Counted from the stretch's first letter, positions 27,973 to 39,019 are shown. The stretch is 64,000 bases of DNA from Pseudomonadota bacterium (GCA_039819405.1 JBCBSB010000008.1:451-64450); one strand, 5' to 3'. Notes: generated from the letters alone by a model not told the origin. Translations and numbers: made by a program.

Positions 27973-28848
27973 CTAAAGCCCGAAACGCGCCCAGAGGGCT
28001 CTGCGTTCGGCGGCGTCAAGCAAAGCCTCAGCGTCAAACAAAGCAGGCTTTTCCGTCGCCATTGCGTCGCCGCTGGAAAGCAGACGTTTCAGGAGCGATC
28101 CGCTCTCCGGCGACACGCGTTTGATCTTAACATCTTTTCCGTAGCGCGCACGCAGGAAATCGTCGAGTTGAGCGGTACCGTCGATCAATCCCTTTTCCCG
28201 CGCCTTTGGGCCTGTCCAAACAGCGCCGGAAAAAATCTCAGGGTCATCCGTAATCTTGTCCGGCCGGCGGGATTTCACCAGATCGATAAATTGCGCATGC
28301 AGGTCATCGAGAATTTCACGAAGGCGGGCGACGTCTTCCGCGTCTTCCGGCTTGAACGGGTCGAGCATCGCCTTGTTTTCGCCAGCGGTGTAAACGCGCC
28401 GCTCAATCCCTAAGCGGCTGATCGCTTCCTGAAAGCCGAAACCGCCGGAAATAACGCCAATCGACCCGACAACAGAACTGTCATCGGCGTAAATCTCGTC
28501 TCCGGCGATGGCGAGTATATACCCTCCCGAAGCCCCCACATCTTCAATGAAGGAAAGCACCGGGATATCCTTTTCCTTCGCCAATCTGCGAATCGCACTG
28601 AAGATCAGCCGCGACTGCACCGGTGATCCGCCAGGCGAATTGATCGCCAGCGCCACGGCGTCGAGATCCGCAGGCTTGAACGCTGACTCAATCGCTTTTT
28701 CGAGCTTTTGAAAGGAAAGGCCTTTGCGGCCGGGCCCAGAGACGCCGATAACGCCGGAAAGCTCAATCACAGTGACAAGCGGCTGGGACTTGCCGGTAAA
28801 CGGCAAGGCGCGCCAGATCCTGGTTAAGGGATTTGCAGATGTTGACAT
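27973..28848 (-). CDS. S49 family peptidase (SppA 36K-type)
   Basis: ALAINSPGGSPVQS and DVGASGGYILA...GSIGV motifs. Confidence 0.8.
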   Translation of the reverse strand: MSTSANPLTRIWRALPFTGKSQPLVTVIELSGVIGVSGPGRKGLSFQKLEKAIESAFKPADLDAVALAINSPGGSPVQSRLIFSAIRRLAKEKDIPVLSFIEDVGASGGYILAIAGDEIYADDSSVVGSIGVISGGFGFQEAISRLGIERRVYTAGENKAMLDPFKPEDAEDVARLREILDDLHAQFIDLVKSRRPDKITDDPEIFSGAVWTGPKAREKGLIDGTAQLDDFLRARYGKDVKIKRVSPESGSLLKRLLSSGDAMATEKPALFDAEALLDAAERRALWARFGL

Positions 28849-29014
28849 TTGCGTCAGTTAGGCGCGGCTTCGCCCTTGTTCAATCGATTTTCTTAAAAAT
28901 TACAGGACATTGCTCCCCACGGGGCGCGCTATCGGTCGCGGGGGGCCAAGCTTGACCGCAAGCCGCTCAATGCCCAATCTGAAAAACATTCGCAACAATC
29001 GTGTGAGGATTTGA

Positions 29015-30055
29015 GTGTCCATCGGTCTGGCTGCAAGCGCTGATCACAACACCGCCCCGGAAAGCCAGCAGGGCTTCCTGGGAGCTGTCGCGGTTCTGCG
29101 CGCGCTGACCGACAACGACCTTGAAGCCGTCAATCGTCAGATCCTTGCGCATATGCAGTCCTCCGTCGGATTGATCCCCGACCTTGCGGGGCATCTCGTC
29201 AATGCCGGCGGCAAGCGCATCCGCCCGATGCTGACTTTAGCCGCCGCCCGGGTCTTTGATTATGAAGGCGAGGATCACGTAAAACTCGCCGCCGCCGTTG
29301 AGCTTATTCACGGCGCGACTCTGTTGCACGACGATGTTGTCGATGCGTCGTCATTGCGGCGCGGCGCCCAGACTGCAAATGTCATCTGGGGCAACAAGGA
29401 AAGCGTTCTCGTCGGCGATTATCTGTTCTCGCGCGCGTTTGAACTGATGGTTTCTGCGGGTGATTTGCGCGTCCTGCAAATCCTGTCGCGCGCTTCCGGC
29501 ATTATCGCCGAAGGCGAAGTTTTGCAGCTGGCGACACAGAAAAATATTGAAACGACATTCGAGCAATATCTCGATGTCGTTGATTCCAAAACCGCCGCGC
29601 TATTCGCATCGGCGTCGCAGTCCGGCGCGCTGATCGGCGGCTGTTCAGATACGCAGGAAGAGGCGATGCGGTGTTATGCGCGCAATTTCGGCGTCGCCTA
29701 TCAGCTTATTGACGATGCGCTTGATTATGCAGGCTTTGAGACAAGCCTTGGCAAAACCGTCGGCGATGATTTTCGCGAAGGCAAGATGACGCTGCCGGTG
29801 GTATATGCAATCTCACGCGCAAAACCTGAAGAAAAAGCGTTCTGGCGTCGGACCATTTCAGAGGGTCGCCAGCAATCCGATGATTTTGAAACCGCAAGGA
29901 CGCTGATGGATCGCGATGACGCGATCACCGATACGATCTCTTGCGCACGCCGATATGCGGACAAAGCGCTTAACGATCTGTCGAAAGTCCCGGCTAATGA
30001 CTACACGGCGGCGCTCGCCGATCTGGTCGAAACATCCGTTTCGCGCGCCTCATAA
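29015..30055 (+). CDS. ispB: Polyprenyl diphosphate synthase (IspB-like)
   Basis: First DDxxD in LLHDDVVD and second in LIDDALDY. GTG start at 29015. Confidence 0.8.
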   Translation: MSIGLAASADHNTAPESQQGFLGAVAVLRALTDNDLEAVNRQILAHMQSSVGLIPDLAGHLVNAGGKRIRPMLTLAAARVFDYEGEDHVKLAAAVELIHGATLLHDDVVDASSLRRGAQTANVIWGNKESVLVGDYLFSRAFELMVSAGDLRVLQILSRASGIIAEGEVLQLATQKNIETTFEQYLDVVDSKTAALFASASQSGALIGGCSDTQEEAMRCYARNFGVAYQLIDDALDYAGFETSLGKTVGDDFREGKMTLPVVYAISRAKPEEKAFWRRTISEGRQQSDDFETARTLMDRDDAITDTISCARRYADKALNDLSKVPANDYTAALADLVETSVSRAS

Positions 30056-30077
30056 CAACGCGTTTCACTCATAAGCT

Positions 30078-31193
30078 TTATTCGGCCGCGCGGGTGAGCG
30101 GATCAAGCGCCGGCGCGTCAATCGCAGGCGCGCCTTTTTTGTCATCAAGAAATCCTTGCGCCATCGCCGCGTTGTGAATGCGCATCGCGATGACCGCGAA
30201 AGCCGCACACAAAACCGCCGGGACGGTCCATTGCCATTGCGGCGCTAAAGCCAGCATGATGATCGCCGCTGCTGACGAAAACGCCGTCAGACCCATATAA
30301 ATCATTGCGACGCGAAGATGCGACACCCCAAAGCGCAGCATCAGCTGATAGAGATGTTCGCGATGCGCGGTCACGATGCTCTTTTTGCGGAGCATTCTGT
30401 GGCCCAGCGTCCAGCTGACGTCAAATATAAAGGGGAGAAAAATCACTGGCATAACCAGCGCGCTGACGCGCCCGTCGGTTTCGTTCGCAGCGAACACGCC
30501 AAGCCCGGCAACGATAAAACTGATCGACTGGCTGCCATTGTCCCCCATGAACAACTTTCCGCGCGCGAGATTGACCGGGAGGAATCCAAAGCACGCAAGC
30601 GCCAGCAGAATCGCGGCCCCCGCGACAACCGGCGCGCCCAAAAACGCTGAGATAACGGCGAATACGCACATCCCGACACAAGCAGCGCCGGCGGCGACGC
30701 CGTTCGCGCCATCCATGAAGTTGAAAGCGTTCATAAAACCAACAATCCAGATGACCGTCAGCACCACGCCGGCCGCGCCGAGCGCCACCTCGCCAACGAA
30801 CGGCGCCGGCGCGAGGGCAAGCGGCGCGAACGCCGCGGCGAACAGCGCCGCAACAGCGAGTTGCCCGGCGAATTTCCAATAGGACGACATCGACCAGGCA
30901 TCGTCGGCGTAACCCACCGCGAAGGCGAGAAGCGCAAGCCCCCCAAACGCCAGGGCGACCTGAGCGATCGCCGGCGCGCCGGAAAATGCGGCGAGAATCA
31001 CAACGCCGGCAAACCAGCCGCCGCAGATTGCAAATCCGCCGGCGCGCGACGTCACGCGTTCATGGCTCGACCGGTGATTTGGCTTGTCAGGCAGCACTGC
31101 GGACCGCGAAAGAAGGCGGCCAGCAGCAAGGGTGATCACCAGGGTGACCCACCCGGCAACAATAAGGATCAACGGGTCGTCCAGCGCGTCCAT
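30078..31193 (-). CDS. MraY/WecA-family polyprenyl-phosphate sugar-1-phosphate transferase (GT4)
   Basis: NAFNFMDGANG motif and a multi-helix membrane protein. ATG (MDALDD) at 31193. The longer ORF would overlap ispE. Confidence 0.75.
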   Translation of the reverse strand: MDALDDPLILIVAGWVTLVITLAAGRLLSRSAVLPDKPNHRSSHERVTSRAGGFAICGGWFAGVVILAAFSGAPAIAQVALAFGGLALLAFAVGYADDAWSMSSYWKFAGQLAVAALFAAAFAPLALAPAPFVGEVALGAAGVVLTVIWIVGFMNAFNFMDGANGVAAGAACVGMCVFAVISAFLGAPVVAGAAILLALACFGFLPVNLARGKLFMGDNGSQSISFIVAGLGVFAANETDGRVSALVMPVIFLPFIFDVSWTLGHRMLRKKSIVTAHREHLYQLMLRFGVSHLRVAMIYMGLTAFSSAAAIIMLALAPQWQWTVPAVLCAAFAVIAMRIHNAAMAQGFLDDKKGAPAIDAPALDPLTRAAE

Positions 31194-31221
31194 GGTCAGC
31201 TCTCTATCCGGTGATGGAACT

Positions 31222-32088
31222 CTAGCCGACACAAAGGCTTGAAGCCAATGCCCACCAGCCGCGCGCTCTGGCGCTGACGCTCGCGCGCTTGGCGCCTGCC
31301 GATGACGAAAACAGCGCAAAACAGGTCGCGCCACTGCCCGACATGCGCGCGCCAAGCGCGCCGGGGCGCTTGGCCAGAAAAGCAAGTACGGCTTTGACTT
31401 CAGGCGCGATGGCGCAGGCTATCGGCTCCAGATCGTTGCGGGTCTGTCGAAGCAACTCGGCCGCCGCGTTGCAAGTCGCGCCGGTTATCGTCGCAAGAAC
31501 CGGCGCCGGGGGCGACGGGTTCGCCGTATCGAAAGCCCGAAAAACAGGTCCTGTCGGCATCGCCACGCCTGGATTGACGAGGCATATCCACAATGGCGCG
31601 AGGGCGGGGCCCGGCGATAAAACCTCCCCCGCGCCGGAAACATTCACCGGCGTGCGACTCAGGCAGGCTGGCACATCCGCGCCCAGCCGAAACGCGAGAC
31701 GCGCCAGCGTCTCCTCGGGGATGTCGAGTTTCCAAAGCCGGACCAGCGCCCGCAACGCCGCCGCCGCGTCCGCCGAACCGCCGCCAATGCCCGCCGCCAC
31801 CGGCAGGTTTTTTTCCAGCGTTATCGCCGCGCCGCCAGGAACCGCATATTCGCTTTTCAAAAGCGCCGCCGCTTTCCAGACGAGGTTTTGCTCCGGAGGG
31901 GAATCATTGAGCGCGCCTGCAAACGGGCCCGTCACGTTGAGAGAAAGTTGATCAGCGTTTTCAACGTGAATGATGTCGCCGTCATCGGTGAAAACAAAGA
32001 GGCTTGCGAGATCATGCAGGCCATCGGTGCGCACGGCGCCGATGTGAAGGTAAAGATTGACCTTCGCCGGCGCCGCTTCAGTGATCAT
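31222..32088 (-). CDS. ispE: 4-diphosphocytidyl-2-C-methyl-D-erythritol kinase
   Basis: APAKVNLYLHI at the N-terminus and the GHMP motif PVAAGIGGGSADAAA. Confidence 0.88.
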   Translation of the reverse strand: MITEAAPAKVNLYLHIGAVRTDGLHDLASLFVFTDDGDIIHVENADQLSLNVTGPFAGALNDSPPEQNLVWKAAALLKSEYAVPGGAAITLEKNLPVAAGIGGGSADAAAALRALVRLWKLDIPEETLARLAFRLGADVPACLSRTPVNVSGAGEVLSPGPALAPLWICLVNPGVAMPTGPVFRAFDTANPSPPAPVLATITGATCNAAAELLRQTRNDLEPIACAIAPEVKAVLAFLAKRPGALGARMSGSGATCFALFSSSAGAKRASVSARARGWWALASSLCVG

Positions 32089-33809
32089 TTCTCCAGATCC
32101 GGCATACCGTCTGTAAGCTTTTCATTGATCGCAGCCGCCTGATCATCAGACGGTTCAAGCTCCAGCGCTCGGCGCCATTGATAGCGCGCTTCTGTCTTAC
32201 GGCCCAGCCGCCAGTAGACATCACCGAGATGTTCCGTAACCGTTGGGTCTTCAGGCGCCAGCGAAGCCGCCTGCTCAAGATGGCCAACCGCCTCATCGTA
32301 GTCGCCAAGCTGGAAATGCGCCCAGCCAAGACTGTCTATGATAGCGCCGGAATCAGGTTGCAGCGAGACCGCTTTTTCAATGAGCTCAAACGCCTCTTCG
32401 AGATTGAGTCCCCGCTCCGCCCAGGAATAGCCCAGATAGTTCAACGCCGTCGGCTCTTCCGGCGCGATCTCCACCGCGCGTTCCAGGTCTTTTTCCGCCT
32501 GCGGCCAGTTGTCAAGTTCAAGATGAAAGGCGCCGCGGGCCACAAAATATCGCCAGGCGTCGCTTTCCACATCCTCCGGCAGGCGGGCGATCAGATCATC
32601 AATCATGGTGACCGCCTCACCATAGCGTTCCCTTGAGGCAAGAAGATTCGCCAGCGACAAACGCAGTTCAAGCGTCTCAGGGTCACGGCGCACCGCGTCG
32701 CGCAAGACGGCAATCGCCTGCTCATCTTTTTCCAGCGCCGCGAGGCCGGACGCAATCTCAATGCGCGAGAGTTCGTAATAGGGCGATGACGGCGCAATAT
32801 CGCTCAGCATCGCAATAGCCTGCTGATGATTGCCGTAAGCATTCAGGATGGACCCGGCAAAACGCCGCGCGTCATCAAGAGACGGATCTACATAAAGCGC
32901 AAGCTGGGTCAGAACCAGCGGCAGGTTGTAGTTTATGTCACCCACATTAAAGCCTGCGCGCTCCGCCGCCGCGCGCTGGGTCGATGTCTGCTGCAGAATG
33001 GCGCCGGCCAGCGTATAAAATGCAATGCTGGCGCCTTGCGCCGGCGTAACGTTGGAAAACGCCTGGCTCACCTCACCCGCATCAAGACGCGCCAGTCCTT
33101 GTCGCGCCGTCTGCCGGTCGGGCCCTGCATCCTGGGACAGCAAATCATAATATTCACGCGCCGCCGCGTCGTTACCGCTGCGCTCCAGAAATGCGCCGTA
33201 GGCTGAGCGCCCGACAGAACCGCCATAGGTCACAACGGAAAGCTGATGCGCTGCGAACGCCGCATCAGGTCTGTCGGCTTTCTCGGCAAGAAACGCCATA
33301 TGCAGCGGGTCAAAACCTTTGAACTCACTGGCCGGAGTTTCAGAGAGGATTTGCGCCGCAGCACCCGGTCCTTCAAGCGCCGCCGCCGCCCAGGCGTCGA
33401 TGATTTTCGCCGTGGCGGTGAAATAGCTGGCTGCAACGCCGTCGGCCAGGATATTGCGGGCGGACTGATAACGCCCAAGCTTCATCGCCCGCGCTGAAAG
33501 CACCAGACTGGCAAGCCCGTCATCACTCTCTTTCGGGTTGGCGGCGATCTTTTCCGCTAACGGCAAGGCCGCCTCAAAGTCACCGGAGGCCATATGGAAA
33601 AAGAACGCGTCGCGCATAATTTTCGGGGCGCCCGGCGCCTCAGTCTGCGCCTCGCCGAAAGCGCCAGCCGCCGCAACGACATCATTGGTGCGCGCCGCGA
33701 GACGGCCGGACAAATAATCTCCAACGACCGATTCTTCCGGACCCGGCGTTACACACCCGGCGCAAAAGAGCGAAAGCAACACAAGGCGTTTTGATTTCAT
33801 AAGACGCAA
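32085..33809 (-). CDS. TPR-repeat lipoprotein
   Basis: Lipobox FCAGC and multiple TPR units (e.g. ALNYLGYSWAERG, GDVYWRLGRKTEA). The stop overlaps the ispE start by 4 nt. Confidence 0.7.
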   Translation of the reverse strand: MRLMKSKRLVLLSLFCAGCVTPGPEESVVGDYLSGRLAARTNDVVAAAGAFGEAQTEAPGAPKIMRDAFFFHMASGDFEAALPLAEKIAANPKESDDGLASLVLSARAMKLGRYQSARNILADGVAASYFTATAKIIDAWAAAALEGPGAAAQILSETPASEFKGFDPLHMAFLAEKADRPDAAFAAHQLSVVTYGGSVGRSAYGAFLERSGNDAAAREYYDLLSQDAGPDRQTARQGLARLDAGEVSQAFSNVTPAQGASIAFYTLAGAILQQTSTQRAAAERAGFNVGDINYNLPLVLTQLALYVDPSLDDARRFAGSILNAYGNHQQAIAMLSDIAPSSPYYELSRIEIASGLAALEKDEQAIAVLRDAVRRDPETLELRLSLANLLASRERYGEAVTMIDDLIARLPEDVESDAWRYFVARGAFHLELDNWPQAEKDLERAVEIAPEEPTALNYLGYSWAERGLNLEEAFELIEKAVSLQPDSGAIIDSLGWAHFQLGDYDEAVGHLEQAASLAPEDPTVTEHLGDVYWRLGRKTEARYQWRRALELEPSDDQAAAINEKLTDGMPDLEK

Positions 33810-33820
33810 CTCAGCGCTCC

Positions 33821-35500
33821 TTACATGTTCGGATAATTCGGACCGCCGCCGCCTTCCGGCGTTGTCCAGACGATGTTCTGCGACGGGTCCTTGATGTCGC
33901 AGGTCTTACAGTGAACGCAGTTTTGCGCATTGATCTGAAACCTCGGATCGGCGCCGCCATCTTCCGTCACCACTTCATAAACACCCGCAGGGCAATAACG
34001 CTGCGCAGGCTCCGCATAGGTCGGCAGATTAACGTCGATCGGGATTGACGGATCCTTAAGTTTGAGATGCGCTGGCTGGTCTTCTTCGTGATTGGTGGCG
34101 GAAAACGCCACATTGGTCAGACGATCAAAGCTGGTGACGCCGTCAGGGCGCGGATACTCAATCTTTTTATGCTTCGCCGCAGACTCGGTTGAGGCGGCGT
34201 CCGTCTTCGTGTGATGCAGCGTGCCGAAAACCGAAAAACCCGGAAGAATCGTGTTGGTCCACAAATCAAGCCCGGCGAAGGCGATCCCGCCAAGGAATGT
34301 CCCGAATTTCGTCCAGAGCGGTTTTGCATTGCGCGACCTGTTGAGTTCCGCTTTAACGTCTGAAACGTCGTAAGCTTCCTGATAAGCGACCAACTCGTCA
34401 TTGTGACGGCCCGCCGCCACCGCCTCAAAGGCGGCCTCGGCCGCCATCATGCCCGTGAGCATGGCGTTATGGTTGCCCTTGATACGGGGAACATTAACAA
34501 AGCCCGCCGAGCATCCGATCAGAGCGCCGCCCGGAAACGTCAGCTTGGGAACGGATTGAAATCCGCCCTCGGTAATGGCGCGCGAGCCATAAGCAATGCG
34601 TTTGCCGCCTTCAAGCAGTTCTGCGATCTCGGGATGCGTTTTAAACTTCTGGAACTCCCCATAAGGGTAAAGATAAGGGTTCTTGTAATTCAGATGCACC
34701 ACAAAACCGAGCGCGATGGTGTTGTCGTTATAGTGATAGCAGAACGATCCGCCGCCGGTATCGTTGTTAAGCGGCCAACCGAAAGAGTGCTGCACATGAC
34801 CGGGACGCGACTTCTCCGGTTTGATTTCCCAAAGCTCTTTAAGACCGATGCCGAATTTTTGTGGATCGCTATTCGCCTCAAGGTCAAACTTGTCGATCAG
34901 CTGTTTGGCGAGAGAGCCGCGAACGCCCTCAGCGATCAATACATATTTGCCGACGAGCTCCATGCCGGGCTCATAACTGTCCTTAGGCTGACCATCCTTG
35001 TCGATTCCCATTTCGCCGACGACAACGCCGCGCGCCGACCCGTCACTGTTATAGAGCATCTGGGAAGCAGCCATGCCCGGATAAATTTCAACCCCCATGC
35101 CTTCGGCCTGCTCGGCGAGCCAGCGGCAGACATTGCCCATGGAAACGATGTAACAACCATGGTTCTTCACCATCGGCGGCATTGCGAAAACCGGCAGCCC
35201 CATTGAGCCTGAGGGACCGAAAACCTTGAAGCTCTCGGACGTCACCGGGGTGTCGATTGGCGATCCCATCTCGCGCCAGTCCGGCAGGAGCTTTTCGAGA
35301 CCTGACGGATCGAGCACCGCGCCGGAAAGGATATGCGCGCCGACTTCCGAACCCTTTTCCACAACAACAACGTTGATCTCGCTGCCGCGCTGGGCGGCAA
35401 GCTGTTTCAGCCGGATCGCCGCTGACAGCCCCGCCGGGCCGGCGCCAACAATCACGATGTCAAATTCCATGGCCTCGCGTTCGGGCGCTTCATTCGTCAT
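33821..35500 (-). CDS. Electron-transfer flavoprotein:ubiquinone oxidoreductase
   Basis: FAD motif VIVGAGPAGLSAA and the C-terminal 4Fe-4S region CPAGVYE...CVHCKTCDIKDP. Confidence 0.9.
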   Translation of the reverse strand: MTNEAPEREAMEFDIVIVGAGPAGLSAAIRLKQLAAQRGSEINVVVVEKGSEVGAHILSGAVLDPSGLEKLLPDWREMGSPIDTPVTSESFKVFGPSGSMGLPVFAMPPMVKNHGCYIVSMGNVCRWLAEQAEGMGVEIYPGMAASQMLYNSDGSARGVVVGEMGIDKDGQPKDSYEPGMELVGKYVLIAEGVRGSLAKQLIDKFDLEANSDPQKFGIGLKELWEIKPEKSRPGHVQHSFGWPLNNDTGGGSFCYHYNDNTIALGFVVHLNYKNPYLYPYGEFQKFKTHPEIAELLEGGKRIAYGSRAITEGGFQSVPKLTFPGGALIGCSAGFVNVPRIKGNHNAMLTGMMAAEAAFEAVAAGRHNDELVAYQEAYDVSDVKAELNRSRNAKPLWTKFGTFLGGIAFAGLDLWTNTILPGFSVFGTLHHTKTDAASTESAAKHKKIEYPRPDGVTSFDRLTNVAFSATNHEEDQPAHLKLKDPSIPIDVNLPTYAEPAQRYCPAGVYEVVTEDGGADPRFQINAQNCVHCKTCDIKDPSQNIVWTTPEGGGGPNYPNM

Positions 35501-35624
35501 TTCGTATCTCTTTCAATCGGCTGTGGCTCTGGTACCGGCGGTTTTGGCAAATATTGTGATAAAAAGCCATGTCGCCAGGCGCCTGCGATAAAAAGCGCAG
35601 CAACAAGAGCAAAAAACTGAAGCC

Positions 35625-36269
35625 ATGACTGCAGGGATCATAATAATCATATGTGCGGCGTTGGTGTCTGCGCTTCTCGTCGCCGATCACCGAGGCGATC
35701 AGCAGCTTAAATGGCTGTTCAAACCCGCTGCATCCGTCGCGTTTATCATACTTGCCTTTCATGACGGCGCCCTGGGGACCGACTATGGCCGGTGGATTCT
35801 CGTTGGTCTCGTCCTTTGTCTCGCCGGCGATGTTTTCCTGATCGCCAGAGGGCCAATTGTATTTCTGGCGGGCATGAGCGCCTTTGCGCTCGGTCATCTC
35901 GCCTATATCGGCGCCTTCGCCGTCATCGGCTCGCCGCCCTCATTAATGACGGGAATTACATTGCTCGCAGTGAGCGCGCCGGTGCTTCTGATCCTGCGAT
36001 GGCTGTGGCCGCATCTTGGGGCGTTTCGCTATCCGGTGGCTGTTTACTGCCTGATCATTAGTTTGATGGCGGTCACCAGCTTTGGAACCCGAAGCCCTGA
36101 CGGCGACGGACCCTATTGGCTGGCGGTGGCCGGCGCCGTCAGCTTTGCCATTTCGGATATCTCGGTCGCACGCGACCAGTTTGTGAGGCGGGAATTTTTC
36201 AACAGGCTATGGGGATTGCCGCTTTACTACGCCGCGCAACTCCTCCTGGCGGCTTCTGTTTCCCTATGA
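35625..36269 (+). CDS. YhhN/lysoplasmalogenase family membrane protein
   Basis: Polytopic membrane protein with KPAASVAFI, GDVFL and FAISD, typical of YhhN. Confidence 0.65.
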   Translation: MTAGIIIIICAALVSALLVADHRGDQQLKWLFKPAASVAFIILAFHDGALGTDYGRWILVGLVLCLAGDVFLIARGPIVFLAGMSAFALGHLAYIGAFAVIGSPPSLMTGITLLAVSAPVLLILRWLWPHLGAFRYPVAVYCLIISLMAVTSFGTRSPDGDGPYWLAVAGAVSFAISDISVARDQFVRREFFNRLWGLPLYYAAQLLLAASVSL

Positions 36270-36292
36270 GTTTCTGATAGGCTTGGCCCAAG

Positions 36293-37114
36293 ATGGAAAT
36301 TTCAGAACAACAAGCCGCCGCGGCGCTTTTGCGCTGGTATGCGGATATGGGCGTCGATGAGGCGGTGGGCGGCGCCGCGGCCGATTTATACGCATGGAAG
36401 GCCGTTTCGGAGACCGCCGCCAGGCCCCCCGCTGCTGCGCGAGGGGCGGCGCCCCCCTCACGGCCCACAACGCCTGTCTTTCAAGCCGCTGAGGCCGCCC
36501 CTGCGGCGGATGAGGCCATTGAGGCCGCCCGCAAAAGCGCCGCCGCCTGCCCCAGTTTTGAAGCGCTTCAGGCCGCCGTCACGGCGTTTGAAGGATGCCC
36601 TTTGAAGGCGGGCGCCAAAAACACCGTTTTTGCTGACGGGGTCCCCGGATCGGATCTCCTCGTCATTGGCGAGGCGCCAGGGCGCGACGAGGACCGCATC
36701 GGCAAGCCCTTTGTGGGGCGCGCAGGACAGCTCCTCGACAAGATGCTCGCCGCCATCGGGCGCTCACGCGAGACCGACACGCTGATCTCAAACGTTATCT
36801 ACTGGCGTCCTCCCGGCAACCGCACGCCGACCCAGATTGAGACAGCGACCTGCCGTCCCTTCGTTGAGCGGCTGATCGAGCTGACAGCCCCTAAGATCAT
36901 CGTGCTGGCCGGCGGGGCGCCCATGCAGGCGCTGTTAGAGATTACCGGCATCATGCGCGCCCGCGGCGTCTGGCGCGAGCTGGAGCTGGCGAGCGGCGCA
37001 CGCTTTCCGGTCATGCCGATCTTCCATCCTGCGTTTCTCTTGCGCCAGCCCGCCAACAAACGTCTCGCCTGGGCTGACCTGCAGGCGATTGAGGCGCGCT
37101 TAAGGAAAGGTTAA
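36293..37114 (+). CDS. Family 4 uracil-DNA glycosylase with Ala/Pro-rich N-terminal region
   Basis: GEAPGRDEDRIGKPFVGRAGQLLDKML and HPAFLLR motifs. Confidence 0.8.
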   Translation: MEISEQQAAAALLRWYADMGVDEAVGGAAADLYAWKAVSETAARPPAAARGAAPPSRPTTPVFQAAEAAPAADEAIEAARKSAAACPSFEALQAAVTAFEGCPLKAGAKNTVFADGVPGSDLLVIGEAPGRDEDRIGKPFVGRAGQLLDKMLAAIGRSRETDTLISNVIYWRPPGNRTPTQIETATCRPFVERLIELTAPKIIVLAGGAPMQALLEITGIMRARGVWRELELASGARFPVMPIFHPAFLLRQPANKRLAWADLQAIEARLRKG

Positions 37115-37246
37115 CCGACCTTTCGGTATTATTGAGACCTGAACGATTCGAAATTTGGGGGCCGCGATCAGCCTCATATCCGAGGAATTAACTTGATATC
37201 GTTAGCTTCTCGCGGTGAGATGCATCGCTCCAATCAGGAAATAAGA

Positions 37247-39019
37247 ATGCATTCTGTTTGCGCCGTTGCGTTGTTGTTGTGTTTTTGTCTAACCGCCCAA
37301 GTGAGCGCGCAAGAGACCGCGCCGACCGCTGAAGCGATTATCGATACGCAAGCACCGGAAACGATCGCGGAACCATTCGCCCCAAGTGTTCTCAGCGCCG
37401 AAGACGCCGCGCTCTACCGCGAGATTTTCGAATTACAGGAAGACGGCCGCTGGGGAGAAGCCGACGCCAGGATCAGCGCTCTCGAAAACGATATTCTGCT
37501 CGGCTATGTGCAATTTCAGCGCTACATGCACCCGACGGCGTATCGCTCGAAATATGAAGAGCTGCGGCGATGGATGGCGTATTACGCTGACCACCCGGAA
37601 GCGAAAAAAATCTATGCCCTGGCGCGCAAACGCCGCCCGAGAAACGCCAGCGCGCCGGTTCGCCCGACACCGCGCAAATGGCGGTCTACGCCCGAAAAAG
37701 AACTGCATCCCGATCTTGCCGCTGATTACGCCGAGACCAGCGGACCGCGCCTGCGCCAGATTGAAGGACGGGTTCGGTATCTGGTGAAGCGCGAGCGCGC
37801 GCTGACCGCCCTGAAGGAAATCGACCGCAGGCTGAAACAACAGGTCATCACGGAACGCCAATATGACCGGATGCGTTCGTGGATTGCGGCCAGCCTCTAT
37901 TATCAAGGTTACATTGACCGCGCGCGGGCAATCGCCACCGAGGCTGCGAACCGCAACGGCGATACCGCCGTGATGGCTTACTGGATAGCCGGGCTGATCG
38001 AGTTTCGCGACGGCGATAATGAGGCGGCGCATCAATACTTCACCAGAATGGCGGCTGTTCCGTATCAGGAGGACAGCCTGCGCGCAGCAGCCGGATTCTG
38101 GGCGGCGCGCACAGCGCTCGCCGCTGGACAACCGGCAGATGTGACGCCCAGCCTTGAAGTCGCATCGTCTTTTCCCTTCACTTTTTATGGGCAGCTCGCC
38201 CTCGCCCTTCTCGGTCAGGAATATGAGTACAACTGGCAGGCGCCTGCGCTGACGGCCGAACGGTTTGACGAACTTGTTGATGAACAACCTCGCATCGAAC
38301 GCGCTGTCGCGCTTAAACAAGCGGGCCGGGCGATCGACGCCGATGTTGAGTTGCGCTGGGCCAATGGCTTCATTTCAGATGATCATGACGGCGACTTGCT
38401 GGCGATTGCTAATGCGCTGGACCTGCCGGCGTCGCAAATCGACATTGCGCTCGCCGGCGAGGGTAAGCACCTTGAAGCCGGTTTATTTCCAATTCCGTCT
38501 TACACGCCTCGCGGCGGTTTCAAAGTTGACCGCGCGCTGCTTTATGCGCTGATGCGTCAGGAATCGAAGTTCAAAGTGGAAGCGACAAGCCGTGTTGGCG
38601 CGCGTGGCCTCATGCAACTGATGCCGCGCACCGCAAGCTATGTGGCGAAGGACAGATCCCTCAGACATCGCAGCGGGCGTGACCGCCTTTACGATCCGGC
38701 GTTCAATATGGCGCTTGGTCAGACCTATGTGGATCAGTTGATCAATACGGCGGCGAAGGGCGACCTCTTTCATCTTGCAGCAGCCTATAATGGCGGCCCG
38801 GGAAATTTACGCCGCTGGAAGCGCAAGATGGAAATCGAGGACCCGCTCCTCTTCATCGAAAGCATTCCGAACCCGGAGAGCCGCGACTTCGTCGAACATG
38901 TCCTGACAAATTTCTGGATCTACCGGGCGCGCCTTGGCCAGTCCTCACCGTCACGGGAGAAAGTCGCTGCTGGCGAATTGCCGCTCTATGAAGCCCTGGA
39001 CCAGATCGCCGGAGACTAA
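37247..39019 (+). CDS. Soluble lytic murein transglycosylase (Slt70-like)
   Basis: Signal peptide from ATG 37247. The catalytic region is ALMRQESKFKVEATSRVGARGLMQLMP...AYNGGPG. Confidence 0.8.
   Translation: MHSVCAVALLLCFCLTAQVSAQETAPTAEAIIDTQAPETIAEPFAPSVLSAEDAALYREIFELQEDGRWGEADARISALENDILLGYVQFQRYMHPTAYRSKYEELRRWMAYYADHPEAKKIYALARKRRPRNASAPVRPTPRKWRSTPEKELHPDLAADYAETSGPRLRQIEGRVRYLVKRERALTALKEIDRRLKQQVITERQYDRMRSWIAASLYYQGYIDRARAIATEAANRNGDTAVMAYWIAGLIEFRDGDNEAAHQYFTRMAAVPYQEDSLRAAAGFWAARTALAAGQPADVTPSLEVASSFPFTFYGQLALALLGQEYEYNWQAPALTAERFDELVDEQPRIERAVALKQAGRAIDADVELRWANGFISDDHDGDLLAIANALDLPASQIDIALAGEGKHLEAGLFPIPSYTPRGGFKVDRALLYALMRQESKFKVEATSRVGARGLMQLMPRTASYVAKDRSLRHRSGRDRLYDPAFNMALGQTYVDQLINTAAKGDLFHLAAAYNGGPGNLRRWKRKMEIEDPLLFIESIPNPESRDFVEHVLTNFWIYRARLGQSSPSREKVAAGELPLYEALDQIAGD

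Noticed and set aside
34403-35206. 267-aa plus-strand ORF
   Set aside because: It is antisense to ETF-QO.
37433-38320. 295-aa minus-strand ORF
   Set aside because: It is antisense to the Slt-like transglycosylase and has a low-complexity Arg-rich translation.
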